Below are positions 1 through 12,272 of a stretch of 64,000 nt of DNA, one piece after another. Source of the DNA: Kondoa subrosea (lineage: Eukaryota); the NCBI GenBank assembly GCA_039545335.1, contig BCIN01000001.1:2979136-3043135 (forward strand), given 5' to 3'. The first letter of the stretch is position 1. Each line of letters begins with the position of its first letter. A program made the translations under genes and the position numbers. The notes under the pieces were generated by a model. The model did no database searches. It was not told the DNA's origin and saw only the letters and a list, made by a program, of their open reading frames with translations.

Positions 1-401
1 GAAGCAGTAAAAAACGCTCGCCAGATTGCAGCGATGTGGTGTTGTGAATGAAGAGGAAGAATGGACAACAGAGAAGAAAAGCAGAGACATGAGCACACGA
101 TCAATTGAACAGCACGGACATCACGCGAGGAAGATTTATCAAGAATTCATGAGTAAGTTGGAAGTTCTGAGGTCCGTGAGACAGTGGACATGAAGAAGGC
201 TTTTTCTTGTTTCAAGAGTCAGCAGCAGTGCTGAAGTCTGCATAGGTCGTCGATTTGAGTCAAGATCATACACTGGCAATATCATTACATTTGAAGCAAT
301 CAGGCCACGGACAGAGTATATAGCTTTGAATACAGCAAAAGGAGAGAGATATATCGCTGGCTTGCTCTAATTCGCACAACGCCGGCAATCCTGCTGTTCT
401 G

Positions 402-2387
402 TTACTTTCCATCGGAACATTCTTCCTTGTCATCGCGTACTTGATTCAGCTCGAGTTGTACTACAGAGTCCAGGACAGCTACGCGACGGCTCAAACCATT
501 ACAGGTCTCATGAGGAATAGCATATTGCGGCTGTAAAGGCACATCAGCACGAAAACGACATCAGCTGACCTCAAGGACGTACAGGATAGCGGTTTTCGTT
601 CGACAACTCTTTTTCGTCGGGATAGTCCACATGTCTTGCTATTGAAGTACTGATAGACACTCCTTGAGGTGTGAAAGATTGAGTTTTCGCTCTTCTCATG
701 GGTTGAAGCGAGCGATAAGCGAGTATAGCATTGACAGGCACACCTACAGAAGCGAAGATGTCTAGAGTCAGGTGTCAGTGATAACGTGATATACTGCCGT
801 AAGAAAGCTCACACATAGCCAATAAAGCGATGGTCGTGAAAGTATTTCCATTCTGAAGGACGGAAGTAGTGAAGCAGCCTATCCAGAGCGATATGACCAC
901 TACATCAAAGATCAGTGGAGCTCGGTCCTCAGCGAACGGCATACCGTAGCCGACAGCAAGTCCAATCACACCGAGAGTTTCAATCTGCATCAATAGGCTT
1001 TAAGTGTATCAGCTTCGTCGGTCACACGGTCTTCTGAGAGAGAAAGCTGACTATGAGGACTTCAAGCTATATAGCTTCGATCGATTACCGATAAGGTAAG
1101 TCTCGTAATTGCGAAGTTGAGACCGAATAGTTTGGATGTACAACAAAGCAGCAGGTAGGAAGACAAGGGTCTGAACAATTTGCAGAGCGGCATAAGTCGC
1201 ATAGAGATCGCTGTCTTATGATCAGTCAAAGACATTGATCGATGGGAGAAGCCTACCGGACTTTTGGAATCAAGCGTGGTAAACTAAAAGCGTATTTCGT
1301 CAAGGCTGAGAATACCAATAGTCGGCTCTGCTTCTACCGCTGACCGATGGGAGCACTTACGAGCGAGCCATAGAGGGTTGAAAGCGAATGGATCTCCTGC
1401 TGACCACGAACTAATAGCCGGTTGTGACGCAATGCTGAGGTGATTGAAGTGATTCAGAGTAAGCTGCATCTTTGCCGTGCTGAAATAGTACAAAGTGATT
1501 ACGCTAAGTTATTCCTTAGCGTAACATTCTGTGCTCGAGACTGAGCAACCGTACCAGATATTGTGCACTATATAACCAAAGGGGAACAAAACATTCAGCC
1601 AAAGAGGAGAAATATTGCCAAACCAAGATCGCCGACGCTTCGTACCGGAATTTGACGCAGTATAGGAACTAGATAGAGCATAGGCAACAGCACAACCCCC
1701 TAGTACAATACATAAGCCAATGACTCGAGCTGGGCGTGGCACACACAAGTCTCAGTCCAGCAGCAATTAAGGATTTGGGGCCAGATCAATCCTTGCATAT
1801 ACTGCCAAGCTAAAGCGCCTTTGAGCTCACGTTGATCAGACAAGATCAGAAAGCTTACGAAGTGGTGAATGTCTGAAATAGTATCCTCTCACCATCAAAA
1901 GATTTGAAGGAATTACCAAGGTGAAATATATCGTAGTGAAGCAAGCCAACAACAGCTATCGTAGTAAATTAGAAGGCATCACTTGGTCGAAGACTAGGCT
2001 TACAGTAGTATTTGGAGTATATAGAAATCCGCCTTGAATTGGTCTAGCACGATAGATCCAATTTCCACCGGTCTTGAACTTGCAATAGATGGCAACATAG
2101 CCACACAGAGCTCCGATTACAGAAAAGGCAGTATTGGCCCAAAGTGCTCGAGCGAAAGAAATGGAACTGCAGACCAATGTAAGTTCTGATCGACATAAGT
2201 ATCAGCGATGACGCTCACGTTGCAGGGACAAATAGTGCAAACATGGTGTCGCGTAGTGCTTCATATGGCTGCAGCATGTATCAGCTTCTATCGCTGCCTA
2301 TGTTCATGCACTTACATTGACGCTAGCAGGTAATCCAGATAGGCCTGCAAGCAGCTCTTGCAGCTGCACAATATCAGAAGCACTCAT
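402..2387 (-). CDS. Orphan multi-pass (about 7-TM, GPCR-like topology) membrane protein, multi-exon
   Basis: ATG at 2387 (MSASDIVQLQELL...). GT-AG introns join ORF fragments into one frame with seven hydrophobic segments (e.g. ALWANTAFSVIGALCGYVAIY, LLLACFTTIYFTLVI, TIALLAMYIFASVGVPVNAILAY). Stop TAA at 404-402. Junctions near 990-1090 are uncertain. Confidence 0.7.
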
Positions 2388-2784
2388 TGTGATGTATAGC
2401 GAGTAAAGGAGAACGATAGAAGAGAGAACAGCAAATTGAGGGGATTTCTCGAAGACGAAGAACACGAGTGCATTCTGTACTGGATCAGAACGAAACCGAT
2501 GACACGATACAGGGTGTAGAATAGAGCTGAAGACCGCAAATCTGGTGTGCTAAGAGGCCGAAAGTAAAAGAAAGGATTGACAGAATAGTTCGGAATTTGC
2601 ATGAGTAGAAAGAAGGGATTGTTTGGAAGTGTACTGTCTCGTTGAGGCAACTGCTCAGGCTCCGCTGAGAATGCGCAATCGTTGAGCTCGCAAAGCTACC
2701 TGGTCGGACGTCTTCTGATCAGCCATCGATAGTCTATAAAGCAATGCATGGCTGATGAGCCAAGACTGCTGCGCTTCTCTCGTA

Positions 2785-3396
2785 TCATCGCTTCTTTCTA
2801 CGTTTGCGAGCTTCTTCATCAACTTGATGCTTGCCTTTCATACAGCCTCGACTATCCGTTTGTCCATTACAACAGGCTATCCGAGTCGCAGTGAGCTCGA
2901 GCGGAAAGTCAATTCAAAGACGTACCGTATTCGAAACCCTCTGGGTTGTCTCTTCGGTTCTCCTTTGTGTCTATAGGACCATGGCAATCTTCATCATGAT
3001 CCGGCCAAGCTTCATCAACAGGTTCGCACAGCTAAAAGATTACAATCCATATCAGAAAAAAAAACTCCACCACAAAAGCAAAAGAAGACATACATCACCA
3101 TGATATACGCAAATATCTGGATCATCTTCATCTTCCGTATTAACCTCTTTCTCGTCTTCATCTTTCCCTAGTTCTTTAGCCGAAGTAACATCGAATTGTT
3201 TCTCGCACAATCTACATTTCTCTCATCTCGCAACCCGTTTCTTCTTACCCTTGCCTTCATCCGCCAGCAAGATTTCGGAAGCGAGAGTCTGGGTTTCGGG
3301 ATGTTGCTTTAGAATGGCTTTCATGCAGTTTCGCAGTGGCTCAGACGCGGTTTCGTCTATTGCTGAGAGGAGAGACGCAGAGATAGCAGCAGTCAT
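2785..3396 (-). pseudogene. Conserved fungal small Cys/His-rich (putative Zn-binding) protein interrupted by an in-frame TGA at codon 58; pseudogene, recoded gene or sequence error
   Basis: MTAAISASLLSAIDETASEPLRNCMKAILKQHPETQTLASEILL...KKKRVAR*EKCRLCEKQFDV...CVYHG|LCEPVDEAWPDHDEDCHGPIDTKENRRDNPEGFEY|ACCNGQTDSRGCMKGKH...KKR*. Two canonical introns. TGA at 3225-3223. Family recognised from memory of the WxDHDEDCHGPID/PEGF..CC motif. Confidence 0.65.
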
Positions 3397-3637
3397 ATTA
3401 TACTAAGGGCAGGAATGGGAAATGAGATGAGATCAGAAAGCGCGCATAACAAAACATGCAATTGAGGCGACGAACGCGATAGACTTCTCGGGGATAGAAT
3501 GTAGAAGATAGAGAGAAATATATCAGACACAGCGTTGCGACAGACAGGAAGATCTAGAGGAGACTCGCTGCTTGTCTCCAAACCGCATTGTCAAGCTGTT
3601 TACTCGATTTCTCCCAAGGCCTCTTACAAGGCATTGC

Positions 3638-6600
3638 ATGTCCAAGAACCTGCCTGGACCTCTACCTCTAGTACATCAGAGATCCCTTAACAACTTTCGT
3701 GCGCTCTTACTCTCGCTTTGCATGAAATTAAGATTGATGCCTCGTCGTATATAGTCGGTCTAGCACCTGATCCACCTAGACAGCGACGCGTAGACAGTAA
3801 GCCTACATTACTTGCGAGTACTTCTCAGCTTATATTGTCGCAGTTCTCTTTACGAAACAAGAACGCAGCATGACGAACGAAGCTATGGATCTAGATACCA
3901 AGTCTAGCAAACTCAAAGCTGACTCAGATGTAGAAGAGGGTCAGCTCTCTTTCAACCTGCTGCTGTACTTGACCTTGCAGCTGATCACAAGAACTTAGAT
4001 CGACCAAAGAAGAAACCAAAGATTCAAGACTCTTCTGATGTAGAAGAGAGCAAGCCTGCTGTGAAAGCTAAACCTGTCGCTAAGCCTGCAGCAAAGAATG
4101 GCAAAGGTGCGCAATCCTTTCATGCTTCGATCTTCGGCTCATGCATGCAGAACTTTATGGTAACGTACAGCCAAAGAAAGCAAACCTGCACCCAAAGGCA
4201 AAGTACCAGACATGTTCACTAAGAAACCTGCTCCTCCTCCTCCTGCACCAGCTGCGTCAAGCAGTAAAGCTAAACCTGTTGCTGCGGTTTCTGAGGAAGA
4301 CAAGTCTGAAGCTGATTCTAATGCTGAAGAAGATGAGGAAGACTCTTCTGAGGAGAGTGAGGAAGATGAAGAAGCTGCAGCTCATCAGTAAGCGAGGTCA
4401 AAGCAGCCCTTTTAGGCTGTTCATTGACCTGTTTGTCTTACAGAGCAGAAGCTGTCATTGCTCCAAAAGGCAAGACTGCAAGTAAGAAAGCTCAAGTTGT
4501 CGATCTTGGTGACGTGCCAGACTGGAAAGAAGGCGCTCCGTTAGTTTCAGTGGCATTGATGATCATACTACAACTTATCTCGCTTCCCTAGTGTTCCCTA
4601 TGCTGCACTCGTTCATACGCTTTCAAAGATTGAAGGAACGACCAAACGACTTGAAATCGCTTCCTACCTTACTCAGTTCTTAACCAAAGTAATGCAAACC
4701 ACTCCTGGTGATCTCCTGAAAACCGTTTATCTGTGCATCAATCGATTATGTCCTGATTACGAAGGTCTTGAACTGGGTTTGGGCGAAAGCACACTCTTGA
4801 CTGCGATTTCTGAATCAACGGGAAGAACGGAGAAACAGATCAAAGCGGATTACAAAGCTGAGGGAGACCTGGGTGCTGTTGCTCAGGTTTGTCTGCGAAT
4901 CTCTCTTTGCATGTTAATTATGTTAAATGGAGATTGGCTTCAACAGAACTCTCGAAACAAGCAACCGGTCATGTTCAAACCTCAACCTTTGACTGTACCG
5001 AGTGTTTTCAAACTATTGAAAGAAATCGCAAAGATTGAAGGCAAAACGACTAAAGCTCGGAAAGTAGGCGTTATCAAGAAACTGTTGGCAGCTTGTCAAG
5101 GTTCCGAAGCGAAGTTTATCATTCGATCTTTGGAAGGCAAACTTCGAATCGGTCTAGCTGAAAAGAGTGTACTGATTGCTATTGCTCATGCTGCTGTTAC
5201 GGTTGCTATGGAAGAAAGCGGGAAGAAGTTAAGCAAAGAAACAATGGTCAAGAAGTTGGAAGATGCCACCAATATCGTTAAAGGTGTTTTCAGCGAGATG
5301 CCTTCCTATGATGCAGTTATTCCTGCTTTGCTGGAAGTCGGTATCGATGGTTTGAGAGAGAAATGCAAGCTTACTGCTGGTCAGTTTGCTCCGTACTGTT
5401 TGTTGAGCGGTTGTTTAAATACAGTGACAGGCGTTCCACTAAAACCTATGTTGGCTAAACCTACTAAAGCTATCTCTGAAGTTCTTGATCGATTCGAAGG
5501 AAAGAAATTCACCTGCGAATACAAGTATGATGGGGAACGTGCTCAAGTACATTATCTGCCCGATAAGACGCTAGCAGTCTTCAGTCGAAATTCTGAAGAC
5601 ATGAGCAAGAAGTATCCCGACCTCATCGAGCAAGTGCCAAAAGTAAGCACCGGCTTTAAATGGTACAAAGCAAGCAAGTACTTATGCAGATTTCTGGCTT
5701 ACAGGCCATCAAGCCAGACATCACGCAATCATTCGTACTTGACTGTGAAGCTGTAGCATGGGATATTGACGAGAAGCGAATGTTGCCTTTCCAAGATCTG
5801 AGTCGAAGGAAACGCAAAGATGTCAGAGCGGAAGATGTCACTGTCCGAGTATGCCTGTTTGCTTTCGACCTGCTCTTCCTCAATGGCGAAGTACGTGCAC
5901 ACACTGCGCCTACTGCGATTTCAATTGACCATCACGATGTAGTCTCTGCTGCACAAAGATCTTTCTACTCGACGCGATCTGCTGCGGAAGCACTTCCAGC
6001 CTGTCGAAGGCGAATTCGCTTTCGCTACTTGGTCGGATGCCGACAATACCGAAGAAATCTCTGCTTTCCTCGATGCAAGTATCAAAGATGGGTGCGAGGG
6101 CCTGATGGTCAAAATGCTTGAGGGAGAGGCTGCTTACTATGAGCCAAGTCGAAGAAGTATGAACTGGCTCAAGGTACGAATTATAATAGACTGACACAAA
6201 TCATTTTCTGACTTCCATGTGATTGCAGGTCAAGAAAGATTATCTAGCTGGTTCTGGCGATTCCTTCGATCTAGTAGTAATTGGCGCTTATCAAGGTCGA
6301 GGCAAGCGATCTCAGTGGTACGGCGCGTACCTTTTGGCCTGCTATGATCCAGAAGGCGAACGCTATCAAGCTATCTGCAAAATCGGAACTGGTTTCTCTG
6401 ATGAACAATTGGCCAAATTCCACTCTGAATTGAAACCTTTGGAGATTGCGCAGAAGAAGGGCTATTACGACATAGGAGAAGCCAAACCTGAAGTTTTCTT
6501 TGAGCCTCAATACGTATGGGAAATCCTGGCTGCTGATCTGAGTTTGAGTCCTGTGTATACTGCTGCCAAGGGATTGGTGAGTACTTCAGCGGAGGATTCT

Positions 6601-6815
6601 GATGCTAGCGCTGACTCTCTGATAAGGTTGCTGGTGGACGTGGTATTTCACTTCGATTCCCTCGATTGATAAGAGTGCGAGACGACAAGAAGCCAGACGA
6701 TGCGACAGATAATGAACAGGTCATGGAAGCCTACAACAAGCAAGCGACTGTCATGGCAGGCAAGACTGGCAAGAAGGGCAAAAAAGCTGCAGGAGCAGAT
6801 GACGACTTCTGGTAG
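3638..6815 (+). CDS. CDC9: ATP-dependent DNA ligase I (Cdc9/Cdc17/LIG1)
   Basis: Active-site motif [13 protein letters not shown], plus [31 protein letters not shown] and [15 protein letters not shown]-terminal PIP-box-like QRSLNNFL. Multiple introns. Ends ADDDFW-TAG. Confidence 0.96.
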
Positions 6816-7041
6816 TGGTGATGCAATCCATATTTGCTTCTTCTAAATCCCTGTCTGTCCTATCCTACTCTCCCTTTACCTGTTGGTTATTGGCTTGGCG
6901 TTGTCATTTGCTTTTTCCCCGCGCGTGCTATTTTCAGACTTTTTGCCGACTATTGTATGGGGTTTTGAACCAATTTCAAGTTTCCGCTTCGGATTTTTTT
7001 TCTGTGTCCGTTTGTCCTCATACAAGCATCATCATTCCAAG

Positions 7042-9698
7042 ATGAGCTCTGTCTTGCAACACATTGTCAAGAATCTGCCTAGACCTCCAACCAAGGAAGA
7101 ACGTCAAGCACAACATGTGGATATGATACCACTCCTCCGCTCCATTACTCCTATTCAATATGCTCTCTTCTTTTCCGGTTGGCTTGCTTGGACAAGTTAG
7201 CTATCATCTCATTAAGCGCTCGACGATATCTGAAGTTACCGATCACGCTATAGTTGACGCTATTGACTTCTTCGCGCTCTCACTTACTGCAAACAGGCTT
7301 GGGCGCCAATTCGGTAGATCCACTCATGATAGTGAGGTCCATTATTTTGATGAAGGACACCTTTGCTGATAGCGCGATCACAGTCACCACAGTAGGTTTT
7401 AGCAAGGCTACCTAATAATGCAGACTGATCCGGTCGTCGTACAGGCCATCACCTTGACCTTGCTCTTCAGGTCCGTTGCACCTGTTTCTTCAGGTCTATG
7501 TCACTGGAATTGTGACTGGCTACAGATCACTTGGCGCTGTTATATTCGGGTTATTATCAGACCGCTATGGAAGGCAAGTACTCTGGCGGAAGATTTGAAA
7601 GCTAGGGCTAATTGTGTGTCACGGAAGGCGTTGGCCTTTGGTAAGACATTGGTGCAGATAGGGAACTCATGTCCTGACGATTTGTAACAGGTTATTAATT
7701 TGTTGATCATCGCGGTACTGGAACTTGGAAGTGGATTTGTTGATTCCTATGGTGCCTTCTTGTACGCTCCTTCTGTCTGCGAATCACCGTAATCTTATTT
7801 CAATACCGTCGCGACTTGTCTAGAGCTGTCAGATCTCTCTTTGGTTCGTCGAAGCCTAATCGGCCAATCTCTGTGTCTGACGCACCTCCTTTGCCAGGTA
7901 TTGGGATGGGAGGTATGAATTCAATTCAAGCTGATCGGAAACCTCAAATACGTCTGTTCTACAGGTATCTGGGGTGAGACAAGGATCCAATCCAAGTTGA
8001 TCGCAAACCTCAAATACGTTTGTTCTACAGGTATGGCTGCCGCAACAGGGCTAGAGAATCTTCCGATTCAAGCGCGCGGTCTCTTCTCCGGTATCTTGCA
8101 GCAAGGTTACGCCGTAGGATATCTCATCGCAGCGTCCATCAATTTGAGTGTCGTACAACACTACGATAGCTGGAGACCAGTCAGTCACAAATAAATAGTT
8201 CTTCGTATACTGACATATGTATAGCTCTTCTACATCGGAGCTGGCCTGTCACTCTTTGCTGCAAGTGTTCGAGCAGTACTTCCCGAGTCAGAGTACTTCT
8301 TGAGAATGAAAGCTGAGGGAAATATTGGCAACAAGAGTAGGCACTTCGGCAAGGAGATAAAGACTGCTTTGAGTCTGTACTGGAGTAGGATTTGCAGTGT
8401 CGCGCATGGCACAGTTCGCTAATGTGTAAGACAGAGCGCTTCATCTATGCCATTTTACTCATGACAGGCTTCAACTTCTTCTCTCATGGGTGAGTGAAGC
8501 AGTCTGAGCGGATCAATGCAGCTGATTGTGCGTTTAGCTCGCAAGATCTATTACCGTTAGTCATACTGCTCAGAATATAGCTAAACTGTACTGACCTATT
8601 CTTTAGCGTGTACTTCCAGAACAGCAAAGGTTTCAGTAAGCTATCTATGATCACGATTTTCTTTGGCTTATGTTGCCTTCATAGGTGCTTACAACTCATC
8701 CGTTCTCACCATCATCGGTAATTTGGGGGCTATTTGTGGAGGCACCATTTTTGGTTTCCTTTCGTTCGTTTGTCATCGAATCGCGGGAACGATACTGACA
8801 TTGATTCCAGGCAAACTTTCGGTCGGCGATTGACAATCATTATTGCCTGCGTCTGGGTGAGCATGGCTATCCGTGCTCGTATCGTAGCTCATCGTCAACT
8901 AGACTGGCGCTTTCATTCCTTTATTGACCATTCCAAGCGCCTTCAACGGTCTGGCAGCCGGTGTCTTCTTCACCCAGTTCGGTGTGCAAGGGTGGGATTT
9001 CATGCTCTTGATCTGCTCGCTTTCGCTGACAGGATCTGCCAGTGCTTGGGGTGTCGGTACGTCTCGACTGCATATATTCTCTTACCCCTTAATTCTTCTC
9101 ACGTAGTCCCCATCTATTTGAATGAACTCTCCCCAGTGGCTTTCCGAGGTATGGCTAAGACCTCTTCAAGTGTAGCTGCCTTTCTCGCTCATATTCAAGA
9201 TTATTAACCTTCTTAGCCGTGTTCTCTGGACTCGCGTACCAATTGGGCAATATGGCTAGTTCAGCTTCCGCTCAAATTGAGGCAACAGCCGGAGAAAGCC
9301 TGCGAACTACTCTAAACGGTCGTAACAGTCAGTATAAGTGTACCGAAAAGGAGTCCTGTTGATAATCTACCTTCCAGTCCCGGACTACGCACGGATATCG
9401 GGCATCCTTATCGGAGTGGTTGCTGCTTACATCAGTACGAGGCGATTAACGTGCTCTCTGGGAATTATGCTAAAGTCATGTCCAGTCATTTTATGTATAT
9501 TCGGTCCGGAATACCACTCCAGCGAATTCGCAAACCCAGATTTACACTCGAAGGCGAATGAAACGGAAGATCAAGGTTTGTGCTTCCTCGCTTTTGCTTG
9601 TCTCGCTCATTTCCCGTCCAGACTTTAAACGACGTGAACTCGATTTGGAGCATGCAGAGAAGAGAGAGAAGGCTTTAGTGCAAGAGAAAGAGCGCTGA
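7042..9698 (+). CDS. JEN1: MFS carboxylate:H+ symporter (JEN1 / sialate:H+ symporter family); 24 exons
   Basis: Motifs GWLAWTIDAIDFF, TLTLLFRSLGAVIFGLLSDRYGRRWPL, GIGMGGIWGMAAATGLENLP, SGILQQGYAVGY, NFFSHGSQDL and YQLGNMASSASAQIEA. The frame is restored by 23 introns, one of them GC-AG at 7574. Confidence 0.92.
7919..8034 (+). repeat. Direct repeat of an intron 3' half (2 x 50 nt, 45/50 identical, 66-nt period) flanking a 9-nt exon
   Basis: 7919-7968 attcaattcaagctgatcggaaacctcaaatacgtctgttctacaggtat versus 7985-8034 atccaatccaagttgatcgcaaacctcaaatacgtttgttctacaggtat. Confidence 0.95.
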
Positions 9699-9989
9699 TT
9701 CATTATTGACGATTGTTGCCATGCTCGTTCTAATCTTTGGTACTCTTGTACATATGCAATGCATTCAGAATTGTCTTCATGAAATAAACTCATTTTCTTG
9801 ATTGCCATGTCTGTATGATGAGCTGAGTTTAAGATCAAAGAGAAGACGAAGTAATCATGCGAAACAAGTCTCAACCAAAGCATACTTTTCCTCAGTCGCA
9901 CTACAATTATCTACAATACATATTTACTTGCAAGAAATTTTAATTTAGGCAATACTTCCCATCTTCACTGATACATGAGCTAGAGAAGA

Positions 9990-12272
9990 CTACTCTGAGA
10001 CCGGAGCCATTCGAGGTTGCCCATTGAGCTGATGAACATTTTCTATGACTTTTTCTTCCTGCTTGAATTCTTCCGTGGCGCGTTCAATGTCCTCATTTTC
10101 TCCGCCTTCCTCTCCTCCGCCAAACAATTTGTCCTGTTTGCAATGGTCAGATACCGGAAGCTCATCATTGCAACAGGACTCACCATGTTTTCGAGACTGA
10201 TCTGCTTTGTCTCAGGTACGAAGAAATATCCGAACGGAGCGCCGAAGATGAAGACAGAAGAGAAGATGAAGTAAGTCTTCGTGGTGATGTTCTCCAGAGC
10301 ATGAGGCGTGATTTGCTGGATCGCAAACTCGGTAATCCATTGGCTAATAGGACAAGAACTTTCAGATATATCGCAATGTTCTGCTGAGTCTCAAGAACTC
10401 ACAACATGATGCAGAGTGTCATCGAGACGACACGGAGTCGCACCGAGAAGATCTCGGCGACGAGCGTCAAAGGCAGAGAGTTCCACCCGAAAGAGTAACC
10501 TGCTGCGTAAACAAAGATAGCGCTAGAACGGGACAGGAATCAGCTTTGCTCTTCATTATAAATGCAAAAATGACTCACGTGATCGCAACATAGTCACCAG
10601 CTTCCCGAGCTTGCCCCTCTGAACGGACACCATTGATTGTCAAGTACAAGCCGATGAAGAATAGACAGGACGACAATAGGATACAGCCGAAAATGAGCGG
10701 TTTCCTATGATAGTCAAGAGATATAAATATGAGCTAACGTTGTTGTTATCAACAAGGCCCTTGACTTACCGTCTTCCGATTCTGTCCACGATGAAGAGAC
10801 CAAAGATGACAGTAAACACAAAGCGGACCGAGCCATAGACGCCATTTGCGAAGAGTGCATTGCGCGTCCCGATGAAACCAAGTTGTCTAAAGATCTGAGG
10901 TCCGTAATAGTTGATTGCATTAATGCCGCTGAACGACTTGAAGCCAATGATGATAAGACCAAGGATTATACGTCGACGAGGACTTCTGAGTTTAAAGATT
11001 TCTTTGACGAGTCGCCAGATAGATGCTTCTCCTCTGATAGCTTTTTCAGTGTCTACCTGTTCTTTTGTCTGATTGAATTCAAATTGGACATAGTCGTTGT
11101 CTTCTGGCAGGCGACGGAGGTAGCATAGATTCTTCATGGCCTGCTCGTTTCGACCTTTCGTAATCAACCATCTTGGAGATTCGGGCAACCAAGGTAAAAT
11201 GACTACCAGCATTGCAGCGGGAAAGAGCTGAACAAAGACTGTCAACACAGACATGTCAATCAATGAAGAGCTCGCGTTGTGAACTTTGGCATACCTGGAA
11301 GTTGCCACTGAAATCTGTTGCTCTCCATGCTTCCCTGAATCTACAGCTCGGAATGAGCACAAAATCGGGAGTGATAGACGGCGCAAACTAAAAATGTAGT
11401 TTATCCAGAACCCAAGCAAAGAACCCACGGCTTGTAAGATATCGAAGAAAGAAAGAAAGCGTCCTCTAACCGACGCAGGCGAAAATTCGGCAAGATAGAT
11501 AGGGACAGAGATGTAGAGCATGCCAACAGCGAAGCTAGAGAGATCTCGCTCCTTTCAGACAAGATTTCTACAGTAGTAGGGAAAAAGAGGGAAAGGCTCA
11601 CCCGCCGAAAAAGCGCCCGACAGTGAAAACTGGTACGGAATTAGCGAAGATTTGAGGGAATGCTGATGCAATAAAGATGAGAATGGCGAGTGCAACAGAT
11701 TTCTTCCTGCCGTAGGCTTCGGTGAAGGGAAGCTGAAGAGCGGTACCAAAGAAACTTCCTGCCTTAAATAGCGACACCATCGTTGCTTTACTTGTGGTCG
11801 TAACACCGAAGTCCTACATAGGAGAAGGCATAAACGCTCTGAGACTTTCGGAGTAAGACGATCGCATACCCTTTGGAAACTTGGTAAAGCAAGAGTCCCG
11901 CCGAAGAATCCAGTATCGTAGCTGAGCATCACTATCAGTTCAATACCTGAAGGCAGGCGGGAAGAAGAGCATTACCCATAGGCCAATGCAGACATGCACA
12001 TGGAAAGACCAACGACATACACCAGCCAATTATGGATCTCTTTGGGTTCAGGTACGCCTTCAGCAGATTGTTCAGCCATAGTGCGCTGATGAGCTGTTGC
12101 AGCACTGGTTCTATTGCGTAGACCGGTTGGCGTTCTCTTATACCCAACGCTGGACTCTTTCGAGTCGGATAGACTACAGGAGGTAAGCGTAAGTAATGGA
12201 TAATGTCCAGCTATGTAAAATGACTTACATCGAGTCCTCCCTTCTCATCTTCATCGGCAGTTCGTGATTCAT
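9990..12272 (-). CDS. MFS sugar-porter family transporter, quinate permease (QutD)-like
   Basis: Motifs EPKEIHNWLVY, GYDTGFFGGTLALPSF, EAYGRKK, VPIYLAEFSPASVRG, LPESPRWL, SGINAINYYGPQIF, VDRIGRR, FSWGGTLCLLTLVAEIF and FFVPETK. ATG at 12272, stop TAG at 9992-9990. Confidence 0.88.
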
